From Candidatus Eiseniibacteriota bacterium (GTDB lineage: Bacteria; Eisenbacteria; RBG-16-71-46), in contig JBBRLX010000039.1 in NCBI GenBank assembly GCA_038231135.1, forward strand, positions 1 through 30,605: DNA of 30,605 bases, read 5' to 3'. A program made the position numbers and the translations under genes. This document shows positions 1 to 7,787 of this stretch, in pieces (the first letter of the stretch is position 1; every line of letters begins with the position of its first letter). The notes under the pieces were generated by a model. That model saw only the letters and a program-made list of their open reading frames with translations, made no database searches and had not been told where the DNA came from.

Positions 1-79
1 CCGAGGCGGCGCGTTGAAGGCGTTCAAGCTCTCGCCGATCGGCGGCGGAGACTCGGATGGATCGCAGATGATTGGCCAT
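1..79 (-). CDS. N-terminal 26 codons of a probable IS630-family transposase (partial)
   Basis: ATG at 79 with SD GGGAGG at 86-91. Translates MANHLRSIRVSAADRRELERLQRAAS, resembling the 'i.ls.eeR.eLer..r' helix that precedes the HTH in IS630 transposases. Open to the window edge. Confidence 0.62.
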   Translation of the reverse strand, partial: MANHLRSIRVSAADRRELERLQRAAS

Positions 80-139
80 GGGTTCCCTCCCGGAGGATGC
101 CATAGCCATATTATCACAATTTCAGACTCACGACACTAG
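1..139 (-). mobile_element. Left end of a probable IS630-family insertion sequence; element continues beyond the window's left edge
   Basis: Minus strand reads CTAG-TGTCGTGAGTCTGAAATTGTGATAATATGG...GGGAGGGAACCC-ATG. This is a CTAG (136-139) followed by an AT-rich terminal segment unlike the GC-rich flank, then an SD and an ORF with an IS630-type N-terminus. IS630 elements target TA/CTAG. The right IR is not in the window. Confidence 0.65.
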
Positions 140-190
140 CGAACTACGGGTGGTCTGGCCGTTCGAGCAAGTCGACCGATGTCGATTTAA

Positions 191-227
191 GCCGGGGCGC
201 GCGATCCTGTCTGCCGCGCGCTCCGGC
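191..227. repeat. 13-bp inverted repeat (hairpin) between the IS end and the YfhO-like gene
   Basis: GCCGGGGCGCGCG (191-203) and CGCGCGCTCCGGC (215-227), one G-T pair, 11-nt loop. Confidence 0.45.
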
Positions 228-320
228 GCATCGCCTTCGTGAGTAGTCCCCGAACGGGCCATCAACTCGTCGTCGCGTGCGATTGCGCTATCATCCCGGC
301 CGGCCCATGGAAACCGACCG

Positions 321-2846
321 ATGACGAGACCGCCCAGGGCGCGAGGGGGACCGCCGGAGTCGGCCAGGGTTTCGCGGCCGGACGCCCGCGCCGCCGGGCC
401 ACGAGCAGCGCGGCGCGCCGCGGCGGCGCCCGATGCGGCAGCAGTTCGGGAGGCCGTCCGGAGCCGCTGGCCCATTCCCCCCGCGGCGATCGCACTGATC
501 TTCGTCGCATGGGCGCTGCTGTTCGCCCCGCAACTGTTCGCGGGCCGCGTGTACTCGCTGGGCGACGCATCGGTCTATCGCCCGTTCCCCGAGTTCTCTC
601 GCGCGCGCTGGCTCGAACATCGCGATCGCACGTTGTGGAATCCCTACGTGCTGCTCGGAGTCCCGGCGGTTCCGACCCTCGCGGACCCGCGGCCCCAGTA
701 TCTGCCGGACGCGCTCATCGATGTCTACGAGCGCGTGAGGATGCCGCGGGCCTGCCCGCTGGCGGCGCTCCTGTTCGCCCACCTGGCGGGCATGCTGGCG
801 GCGGCGGCCCTGGCGCGGAGCCTGTGGAAGTCGGATGCGGTGGGAGCGGCGTGGGCGGCGCTGGCGTGGGGGCTGATGCCCGGTCTCCTGATTCCGTTCG
901 CGTTTGGGCACGACGCGCAGTTCGTGTCGGCCTCGCTGATGCCGGTGGTGCTGCTGTGCGTGCACCTGACGATGACCTCGCAGGGGCGCACGCCGCTGGC
1001 GGCGGCGCTCGCACTGGCGCTGGTGATGGGAATCCAGTGTCTCACCGGGCATCCGCAGTTCATCGTCTACTCCGGAGTGTTCGCGTGCGCGTGGGCCATC
1101 GCGGAAGCCATTCGACTGCGCGCCCCGGGCCGCCTCGCGCTGTTCGCGGGCGCTGCGGGGCTGGGCACGGCGATCGCCGCCGCGATGTGGTGGCCCGCGC
1201 TGCTCTATAGCCGGCACTCCCTGCGAAGCGCCGGCGGGACCGGGGTGTCGCTCGCCACCGTGAGCCGGTTCAGCCTGGCGCCGCGCGACCTGCTGTCGCT
1301 CGTGTGGCCGCGAGCCGCCGGATTCGGCGGCGACACATACTGGGGCGGCATGCTGGGGACCGATTACTCGCCCTATCTGGGCGTGACGGTCGTGGCGCTG
1401 GCGTTCTGGGGCTGGCGCGCCGCACGGGATCGACGCTCCAGCGCGGCATGGCTGCTCGCGGCGGTCTCGATCGCGGCCGTACTGGTCTCGCTCGGCACCC
1501 ATCTCGGCCCGGCCTATGCGTTCCTGCACGCCCACGTTCCCATGTGGTCGCGGTTTCGCGTTCCATTCTATGCGCTGAACGCAGCCCAGCTCGGACTGGC
1601 CCTGTTGTCGGCCCGGGTCGTGGGAGCGGCGCCGCCGGCTTCCCGCCCGCCGCCGTGGACGCACGCGCAGCGCAATGCGGTCGTGGCCGCGGTGGGAGTC
1701 GCACTGCTGTTGGGCGCTGGGCTCGCGGGTGGCGCGCTGTCGGGAGCCTATGCCGGATGGGTGCACGCGGCGCGACCCGGAATGCCCACCGATGTTGCCC
1801 GTCATGCCGCGACGAGCGCGGGCTACGACCTGATGCTGCGCGTCGCGCTGGCGGGCCTCGCGGTGGCCGGGCTGGTGTTCGCCCGCCACAGCACTCGTGT
1901 CGCGCGCGCCGCGCACTGGGGGTTGCTCGTGATCCTGGCCGTGGACCTGGGTTCGGTGAGCGTGCCGTTCCTCGTGCGCGCGACGGGCCCGGCGAGCCTG
2001 ATCTCCGCGCCGCCCGCGACCGCGCTCGCGCGGATCGCGGCCGGCGATCCCCACGCGCGCGCCTACTCGACCCGGCAGACGATCATCAAGAGCCCGAACG
2101 TCAACGCCTATTCCGAGGCGTCCACCAACGCGTGGATCCACTGGCGGGCGCGGTCGATCTCGGGAATCCTGAGCGCGAGTCCCGACCTCTGGCGCGCGGT
2201 GCTGGGGAATCAGCTCATGAGGTTCTATCAGGTGCTGCGGTCGTTCGGAGTCGTGTACCTGGGCGTGGACCCGAACGAACGCATCGCGGATCCGCGCTGG
2301 TTCGATCGCGTCGCGACCGCCGGCGGAGACCGGGTCTACCGGCTCGCGACGGCACTGGGCCGCGTGTACGCCGTGCCGCGGGTGCTCGCGTTCGAGACCG
2401 ACCAGAAGGTCGCGGAGATCATGGCGCAGGCGAGCTTCCCGCCCGAGCGGGCGGCCCTCACGATGGATCGCGCGGCGGCCGGCAATTACCCGGGATCCAC
2501 CGCATGCCGCATCCGCTGGGTCGAGGACGAGCCGGACCGGATCGCGATCGACACGACTGCTCGCGAGCCCGCGTTCCTCGTGGTCGCCGACACGTTCTTT
2601 CCGGGGTGGGAGGCGCGCCTCGACGGGGAATCCGTTCCGATCCATCGCGTGAACCTGTTGCTGCGCGGCGTCGCGATCCCCGCCGGAGTCCACCACCTGC
2701 GCATGAACTACGTGCCCGAAGGCTGGCTCGCCGCGATGTGGGTCACCCGCTGGGCGCTGGCGGCCTGGTGCGCGCTGGCGATGGGCCTGCTGGTGATGGG
2801 GGCACGCCCGGCTCGCCGTCGCCCCGCTCCCGGGCGCCTTGCCTGA
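321..2846 (+). CDS. YfhO-family polytopic membrane protein (putative GT-C glycosyltransferase)
   Basis: Many TM helices; 'LGD...Y...LWNPY..LG.P' first loop; 'GHPQF'; 'YLG'; 'SRFRVP'; YfhO-type C-terminus 'FLVVADTFFPGWEARLDG...RVNLLLRGVAIPAGVHHLRMNYVP' followed by a final TM. Confidence 0.85.
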   Translation: MTRPPRARGGPPESARVSRPDARAAGPRAARRAAAAPDAAAVREAVRSRWPIPPAAIALIFVAWALLFAPQLFAGRVYSLGDASVYRPFPEFSRARWLEHRDRTLWNPYVLLGVPAVPTLADPRPQYLPDALIDVYERVRMPRACPLAALLFAHLAGMLAAAALARSLWKSDAVGAAWAALAWGLMPGLLIPFAFGHDAQFVSASLMPVVLLCVHLTMTSQGRTPLAAALALALVMGIQCLTGHPQFIVYSGVFACAWAIAEAIRLRAPGRLALFAGAAGLGTAIAAAMWWPALLYSRHSLRSAGGTGVSLATVSRFSLAPRDLLSLVWPRAAGFGGDTYWGGMLGTDYSPYLGVTVVALAFWGWRAARDRRSSAAWLLAAVSIAAVLVSLGTHLGPAYAFLHAHVPMWSRFRVPFYALNAAQLGLALLSARVVGAAPPASRPPPWTHAQRNAVVAAVGVALLLGAGLAGGALSGAYAGWVHAARPGMPTDVARHAATSAGYDLMLRVALAGLAVAGLVFARHSTRVARAAHWGLLVILAVDLGSVSVPFLVRATGPASLISAPPATALARIAAGDPHARAYSTRQTIIKSPNVNAYSEASTNAWIHWRARSISGILSASPDLWRAVLGNQLMRFYQVLRSFGVVYLGVDPNERIADPRWFDRVATAGGDRVYRLATALGRVYAVPRVLAFETDQKVAEIMAQASFPPERAALTMDRAAAGNYPGSTACRIRWVEDEPDRIAIDTTAREPAFLVVADTFFPGWEARLDGESVPIHRVNLLLRGVAIPAGVHHLRMNYVPEGWLAAMWVTRWALAAWCALAMGLLVMGARPARRRPAPGRLA

Positions 2847-2868
2847 TCATGGTGCAGCAACCTACGAT
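2839..2868 (+). promoter_or_regulatory. Putative sigma70-type promoter for the SnoaL gene
   Basis: TTGCCT (2839-2844), 18 bp, TACGAT (2863-2868). Followed by a 7-bp hairpin GGCCCGA/TCGGGCC (2880-2900) and SD GGAGGT (2915-2920). Confidence 0.45.
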
Positions 2869-2925
2869 CCACGAATGTGGGCCCGATCACGCGTCGGGCC
2901 GCCCGTCCCGTTCCGGAGGTCCATG

Positions 2926-3330
2926 ATGAGCGAACGCAACGTTCAGACCGTGAAGACCATCTACGCCGCGTTTGGGAAGGGCGACGTTCCGGCGATTCTC
3001 GAGCTCGTCGATGCGAATACGCACTGGAGTTTCAATGCGAGCAAGACGCCACTGCCCTGGTACGAACCGGTGACGAGCCAGTCGACGCTGCCGAAATTCT
3101 TCGGCACCATGGCCGCGCAATTGGAGTTCCACGCATTCGATCCCAGGGAGTTCGTTCACTCGGACGAACACGTGATGGTTCACGTGCACATCGACTATAC
3201 GATCAAGAAGACGAGCCGGCGGGTTGCGCTCGAACAGATCCACTGGTGGACCTTCAACAGCGACGGCCGGGTGACCCGGCTGCTCCAGTTCGAAGATACG
3301 GCCGAGTTGTTCGCGGCGTACCAGAGCTGA
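2926..3330 (+). CDS. SnoaL-like / NTF2-family (ketosteroid isomerase-like) protein
   Basis: 'NVQTVKTIYAAFGKGDVPAILEL...W...LPW...H.WTF..DGRVTR..QFEDTA'. SD GGAGGT lies 5 nt before ATG 2926 (alternative ATG 2923), so the TTG start at 2839 in the ORF track is probably too long. Confidence 0.85.
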   Translation: MSERNVQTVKTIYAAFGKGDVPAILELVDANTHWSFNASKTPLPWYEPVTSQSTLPKFFGTMAAQLEFHAFDPREFVHSDEHVMVHVHIDYTIKKTSRRVALEQIHWWTFNSDGRVTRLLQFEDTAELFAAYQS

Positions 3331-3384
3331 GCCTTGCAAGACAGGCTGGTGGAGTGCCGCGTGGTCTCCGCGTCCGCCGCACGC

Positions 3385-3413
3385 TTGTTGGCTCACCCCG
3401 CCATCGCTAGACT
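3385..3413 (+). promoter_or_regulatory. Putative promoter giving a near-leaderless tnaA transcript
   Basis: TTGTTG (3385-3390), 17 bp, TAGACT (3408-3413). ATG is 9 nt downstream and there is no SD (CGCCACCCC-ATG). Confidence 0.5.
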
Positions 3414-3422
3414 CGCCACCCC

Positions 3423-4829
3423 ATGAGACTTCCCGCGGAGCCGTTTCGCATCAAGGTGGTCGAGCCGCTGCGTCGCGTGTCGCGTGAGGAGCGCGAGCGC
3501 CTGATCCTGGACGCCGGGCTCAACATCTTCGCCGTGCCGGCGGACAGCATCTACGTCGACCTGCTCACCGACAGCGGCACGTCCGCGATGAGCGACCGCC
3601 AGTGGGCGGGCCTGATGATGGGCGACGAGTCGTACGCCGGCAGCAAGAACTTCTTCCACTTCCAGAAGGCGATCCGCGACATCTTCGGTTTCGAGTACGT
3701 GATCCCCACGCATCAGGGGCGGATGGCGGAGAATCTGCTGTTCACAACGATTCTCAAGCCCGGCGACATCGTGCCGAACAACATCCATTTCGACACCACG
3801 CGCGCCAATGTCGAGAACCAGCGCGCGGAAGCGCTCGACCTCGTGATCGACGAAGGCCTCGATCCCATAGCGTGGCACCCGTTCAAGGGCAACCTCGATC
3901 CCGCGAAGCTCGAGCGCGTGTTCCAGGAGCGCGGCCGCGAACGCATTCCGCTCGTGATGATCACGATCACGAACAATTCGGGCGGCGGCCAGCCGGTGTC
4001 GCTCGCGAACGTCCGGGCGGTGCGCGAGGTGTGCCGGCGCCACCAGGTGCCGCTGTTCATCGATGCCTGCCGGTTCGCCGAGAACGCGTGGTTCATCAAG
4101 CAGCGCGAGCCGGGGCAGTCGGAACGCACCGTGCGGGAGATTGCGCGCGAGCTGTTCTCGTACGCCGACGGGTGCACGATGAGCGCCAAGAAGGACGGGC
4201 TCGTGAACATCGGCGGCTTCCTCGCCATGAACGACGCCGGCTGGGCCGAGCGCATCACGAATCTGCTGATCCTGGTCGAAGGGTTTCCGACCTACGGCGG
4301 GCTGGCGGGCCGGGACCTCGAGGCGATCTCGATCGGGCTCGAGGAGGTGCTCGACGAGGACTACCTGGCATTCCGCATCGGCCAGGTGGCGCATCTGGGA
4401 GAAATGCTGGACGAGGCGGGCGTGCCGATCGTGAAGCCGGTCGGCGGGCACGCCGTGTACATCGACGCACGCCGGTTCCTGCCCCACGTGCCGCAGTCGC
4501 AGTTCCCCGGCCAGGCGCTGGTGGTCGCGCTGTATCGCGAATTTGGAATCCGGGCGGTCGAGGTCGGAACGTTGATGTTCGGCCACAAGGATCCCGGCAC
4601 CGGCGAGCCGGTCTACCCGCAACTCGAACTCGTGCGCCTCGCGGTGCCACGGCGGGTTTACACCACCGAGCACATGCGGTTCGTCGCGGAATCCGTGATC
4701 GAACTGTTCCGGCGCCGCGAGCATCTCAAGGGCCTGCGGCTCACGTACGAAGCACCGGTATTGAGACATTTCACCGCACGCCTGGAATCGCTGAGCGACG
4801 AGCCTGTGGCCGTGGCGCCGCAGACCTGA
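3423..4829 (+). CDS. tnaA: Tryptophanase (PLP-dependent beta-eliminating lyase)
   Basis: EPFRIKVVEP, DLLTDSGT, GDESYAGS, PTHQGR, FDTTR, GGQPVS, PLP-lysine motif MSAKKDG, EGFPTYGGL, RLAVPRRVY. SAKKD and LRHFTA match tryptophanase rather than tyrosine phenol-lyase (SGKKD / LRFFTA). Confidence 0.9.
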   Translation: MRLPAEPFRIKVVEPLRRVSREERERLILDAGLNIFAVPADSIYVDLLTDSGTSAMSDRQWAGLMMGDESYAGSKNFFHFQKAIRDIFGFEYVIPTHQGRMAENLLFTTILKPGDIVPNNIHFDTTRANVENQRAEALDLVIDEGLDPIAWHPFKGNLDPAKLERVFQERGRERIPLVMITITNNSGGGQPVSLANVRAVREVCRRHQVPLFIDACRFAENAWFIKQREPGQSERTVREIARELFSYADGCTMSAKKDGLVNIGGFLAMNDAGWAERITNLLILVEGFPTYGGLAGRDLEAISIGLEEVLDEDYLAFRIGQVAHLGEMLDEAGVPIVKPVGGHAVYIDARRFLPHVPQSQFPGQALVVALYREFGIRAVEVGTLMFGHKDPGTGEPVYPQLELVRLAVPRRVYTTEHMRFVAESVIELFRRREHLKGLRLTYEAPVLRHFTARLESLSDEPVAVAPQT

Positions 4830-4922
4830 ACTTTCGACCCGTGCCACGCCGGAGCTGCCGGCGGCCGCGGGCCCCAATTACTTCCGGCGCCGAACGCGGC
4901 GCCGAAAGTCCGAGGATGGAAC

Positions 4923-5648
4923 ATGACGTCGTCGCTGATCAATCGCGGGTTCGCGCTCACGTGGCTCGGGCACAGCACGTTCAAGCTGGTCACCCGCGGC
5001 CGCAAGACAGTGCTGCTCGACCCGTGGGTGGAGGGCAACCCGGCGTGCCCGCGCGAGCAGAAGACGCAGGACAAGATCGACGTGATGACGATCTCGCACG
5101 GCCACGGCGATCACATGGGCGACGCGGTGACACTGGGGCGCAAGCACAAGCCGATCGTGGTGTGCAATTACGAGATCCATGCCTGGCTGCAGAAGAAGGG
5201 CGTGACCGGCACCTCGCCCATGAACAAGGGCGGCACGCAGGAGGCGGCCGGGCTCAGGTTCACGATGGTGAACGCGTTCCATTCGAGCGGCATCGAGGAC
5301 GGCGGCCAGATGATCTACGGCGGCGAACCGTGCGGATTCGTGATCACGCTCGAGGACGGCACGCGCCTCTACCACGCCGGCGACACCTGCGTGTTCTCCG
5401 ACATGGCGCTGATCGCCGAGCTGTACGCGCCCGATATCGCGCTGCTGCCGATCGGCGATCTCTACACGATGTCGCCACGCGAAGCCGCGGTCGCGGTGCG
5501 GATGCTCAGGCCCAAGTTCGTCGTGCCCATGCACCACGGCACGTTCCCGGCGCTCACCGGCACGCCCGAGGCGCTCAAGGACGAGCTGAAGAAGCTGTCG
5601 GTCACGACCGAGGTGATCGCGCTGCGGCCGGGCGAGACGCTGTCCTAG
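4923..5648 (+). CDS. Metallo-beta-lactamase-fold metal-dependent hydrolase (UPF0173-like)
   Basis: TWLGHSTF, LLDPW, HxHxDH motif SHGHGDH, AFHSS, YHAGDT, LLPIGD, VPMHHGTF. Confidence 0.9.
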   Translation: MTSSLINRGFALTWLGHSTFKLVTRGRKTVLLDPWVEGNPACPREQKTQDKIDVMTISHGHGDHMGDAVTLGRKHKPIVVCNYEIHAWLQKKGVTGTSPMNKGGTQEAAGLRFTMVNAFHSSGIEDGGQMIYGGEPCGFVITLEDGTRLYHAGDTCVFSDMALIAELYAPDIALLPIGDLYTMSPREAAVAVRMLRPKFVVPMHHGTFPALTGTPEALKDELKKLSVTTEVIALRPGETLS

Positions 5649-6793
5649 GGTTTCCCCGCCGATAGCACGGCGGCCATGTCGTAGAGCGCGTGCACGGCCA
5701 TCGCGACCGTCGTGTTCGAGCGGTTGCGGATCGTGCCGAGCAGCATGCCCAGCAGGAAGATCACCACCATGCCGTACCACGAGTACTGCACGTGGAGCGA
5801 CGCGAACACCAGCGAGGTTCCGACCACGCCGAGCCAGGGCTGCAGTGCGCCCCGCATCGTGATCTCCTCCCCGATGCCGGCGCTCAGTCCGAGCACGATC
5901 GTGCCGCCGAGGCCCAGGCTGCCGCCGATCGCCTCGCTCATCCGCTGATCGTCGATCCACAGCGCGTGGAACCAGCGGCGTTGCACGGCGTCGGCCGCGC
6001 TGTTGAGCAGGAACAACGCGGCCACGCCGATCACGATCACCGCGACCTGCCGGAGATCGATCCTGCCGATGCCGAGGCGCTGCAGCGTGGCTTTCGTGTC
6101 GCGCTGCAGCATGAAGCCGACCGACGCCACCGCGAGCAGCACGTAGCCCACGAGCCCGGTGCCGAGCGACGAGGGATCGACCAGCGAGTCGAGTGAGTCG
6201 CCGAGCGATGCGAACATCCGCCGTACCGCGAACCAGCCGGGAATCGCGAACAGCAGGCACAGGAACACCATGCGCGCGGCGAGCCGCGTCGTGTGCGAAC
6301 TGTCCGGGCGCCGGAACAGGTACGTGGCGAGGGCGTGGGAGAACGGGCGGAACAGCGTGAGCGCGCTCGCGAGCGCACCCCCGAAACACAATCCCACGAG
6401 CGCGCCGCCGAGCACGCCGGGCTCGGGCGAGGTGCGGAACATGAACCCCAGCGCGACGAATCCCGCGGTGCCCGCGAACGGCACGACCCACGCGAGCACG
6501 AGGTGCAGCATCCGCCACTGCGGGTCGAAGTCCGCCGCCTGGGCCGCGACGAACAACCCGGCGACCGCCGCGAGCAGCGCCAGCTCCTCCTGGCCGAACA
6601 GTAGTCCGCCCACGCCGAACAGCGCGAGCACCACGAACCACATGGTGAGACCGGTCGTGGTGCGCTTCCATTGCGGTCCGTCGAATCCGGTCTCGAGCGC
6701 CGTGGCGGGGACGCCGGCAGCCTGCATTCCGGAACCGGGGAACGCGGGTTCCACGCGGTCGGCGCAGGGGGGAGCGGAGTTGTCGTCGTGCAT
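5645..6793 (-). CDS. CPBP (CAAX/Abi/Rce1-like) intramembrane glutamic endopeptidase with extra N-terminal TM region
   Basis: Motifs GEEITMRG (EExxxR), FASLH (FxxxH), HALYD. Start placed at ATG 6793 because longer starts overlap moaD and a -10 element lies 6 nt upstream. Its stop shares the CTAG at 5645-5648 with the convergent MBL gene. Confidence 0.85.
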   Translation of the reverse strand: MHDDNSAPPCADRVEPAFPGSGMQAAGVPATALETGFDGPQWKRTTTGLTMWFVVLALFGVGGLLFGQEELALLAAVAGLFVAAQAADFDPQWRMLHLVLAWVVPFAGTAGFVALGFMFRTSPEPGVLGGALVGLCFGGALASALTLFRPFSHALATYLFRRPDSSHTTRLAARMVFLCLLFAIPGWFAVRRMFASLGDSLDSLVDPSSLGTGLVGYVLLAVASVGFMLQRDTKATLQRLGIGRIDLRQVAVIVIGVAALFLLNSAADAVQRRWFHALWIDDQRMSEAIGGSLGLGGTIVLGLSAGIGEEITMRGALQPWLGVVGTSLVFASLHVQYSWYGMVVIFLLGMLLGTIRNRSNTTVAMAVHALYDMAAVLSAGKP

Positions 6794-6799
6794 CGGCGG

Positions 6800-6809
6800 A
6801 GCATAGGAT
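6800..6809. promoter_or_regulatory. Overlapping back-to-back -10 elements (candidate bidirectional promoter)
   Basis: AGCATAGGAT: minus strand TATGCT (6805-6800) is 6 nt from the CPBP ATG; plus strand TAGGAT (6804-6809) is 8 nt from the moaD in-frame ATG at 6818. Confidence 0.45.
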
Positions 6810-6829
6810 CTCCGTGTATGGAGCGTCCA

Positions 6830-7078
6830 ATGATGACCGTCACCGTGCTGTTGTTCGCACAGGCGCGCGAACGCGCGGGGCTGGGCACCATCCTGCTCGA
6901 GCTGCCGCCCGGGAGCCGCGTGACCGACGCGATCGGCGCCGTGCGCGCACGGCATCCCGCGCTCGAGCCGCTATGGCCGCACCTCGCGGTGGCCGTGAAC
7001 GGCGAGCTCACCGCGGACGATGCGCCGCTGGCCCACGGCGGGGAGATCGCGTTGCTGCCGCCCGTGAGCGGCGGCTGA
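6830..7078 (+). CDS. moaD: MoaD/ThiS-family sulfur carrier (molybdopterin synthase small subunit)
   Basis: 'VTVLLFAQARERAG...AVAVNGE...EIALLPPVSGG' with C-terminal Gly-Gly; moaE two genes downstream. Start could be 6818, 6830 or 6833. Confidence 0.92.
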   Translation: MMTVTVLLFAQARERAGLGTILLELPPGSRVTDAIGAVRARHPALEPLWPHLAVAVNGELTADDAPLAHGGEIALLPPVSGG

Positions 7079-7079
7079 C

Positions 7080-7787
7080 GTGGCCGCGAAGCGCCGTACG
7101 AAAGTCGCGCCCCACCCCCGTGGCGCGCAGCGCAAGGCGGCGGCGACGCCCGGTTCGAGATCCGGCCGTGGCGCAGCGCGGCCGGCCGCAACCGCGAAGC
7201 CGAGCCCTGCCGGCTCCAGGATCACATTCCGTCCCGCGACTCCCGAACGCTGGGCCGACGTCGAGGCGCTGTTCGGCCCGCGCGGCGCGTGCGGCGGATG
7301 CTGGTGCATGTTCCCGCGGCAGCGCGGCGGCGCGTTCAGCGCCGGCAAGGGCGAGCCGCATCGACGTGCGCTGCGCGCGCTCGTCACGAGCGGCGCCGAG
7401 CCCGGCATCCTCGCCTACGCGGGCGCAGAGCCGGTCGGCTGGCTGGCGCTCGCGCCGCGCGAGCACTACCCGCGCATCGGGCACTCGCGCCTGTTCGGCG
7501 AGGCGGCGCCGCCCGGGACGTGGTCGGTGGTGTGCTTCTTCATTGCGCGCGCGAACCGTGGACAGGGTTTGAGCGCCCGGCTGCTCGAGGCCGCGGCGGC
7601 CTACGCGCGTCGCCGCGGTGCGCGTGTGCTCGAAGGCTATCCGAGCGAGCCCCGCGGCCGTACCGCCGATGCATTCACGTGGACCGGGCACGTGTCGTCG
7701 TTCCTCGCCGCGGGCTTCGACGAGGTTGCGCGGCCGTCACCCACCCGGCCGCTCATGCGCCGCGTGCTGCGGCCCGCGCGTGGCTGA
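7080..7787 (+). CDS. GNAT-family N-acetyltransferase with Cys-rich motif and basic N-terminal tail
   Basis: 'GACGGCWCM', 'PGILAYAGAEPVGW', 'WSVVCFFIARANRGQGLSARLL' (acetyl-CoA motif A), 'LEGYP', 'AAGF'. GTG start 1 nt after the moaD stop. Confidence 0.85.
   Translation: MAAKRRTKVAPHPRGAQRKAAATPGSRSGRGAARPAATAKPSPAGSRITFRPATPERWADVEALFGPRGACGGCWCMFPRQRGGAFSAGKGEPHRRALRALVTSGAEPGILAYAGAEPVGWLALAPREHYPRIGHSRLFGEAAPPGTWSVVCFFIARANRGQGLSARLLEAAAAYARRRGARVLEGYPSEPRGRTADAFTWTGHVSSFLAAGFDEVARPSPTRPLMRRVLRPARG

Noticed and set aside
136..240. Minus-strand fragments 'RAADRIARPGL' and 'IGRLARTARPPVVR-TAG' that faintly resemble a FlgD-Ig C-terminus ending at the IS target CTAG
   Set aside because: Needs a frameshift and passes an in-frame stop; similarity too short to support a pseudogene call.
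3423..4829. Tyrosine phenol-lyase (tpl) as the product
   Set aside because: SAKKD and LRHFTA signatures favour tryptophanase.
5645..6793. CPBP/'Abi' protein as a phage-defence gene
   Set aside because: The Abi label for this family is historical; motifs indicate an intramembrane protease and there is no defence-island context.
6830..7078. MoaD as part of a ubiquitin-like conjugation or defence system
   Set aside because: No E1, E2 or JAB gene in the window; nearby moaE supports a molybdopterin synthase role.
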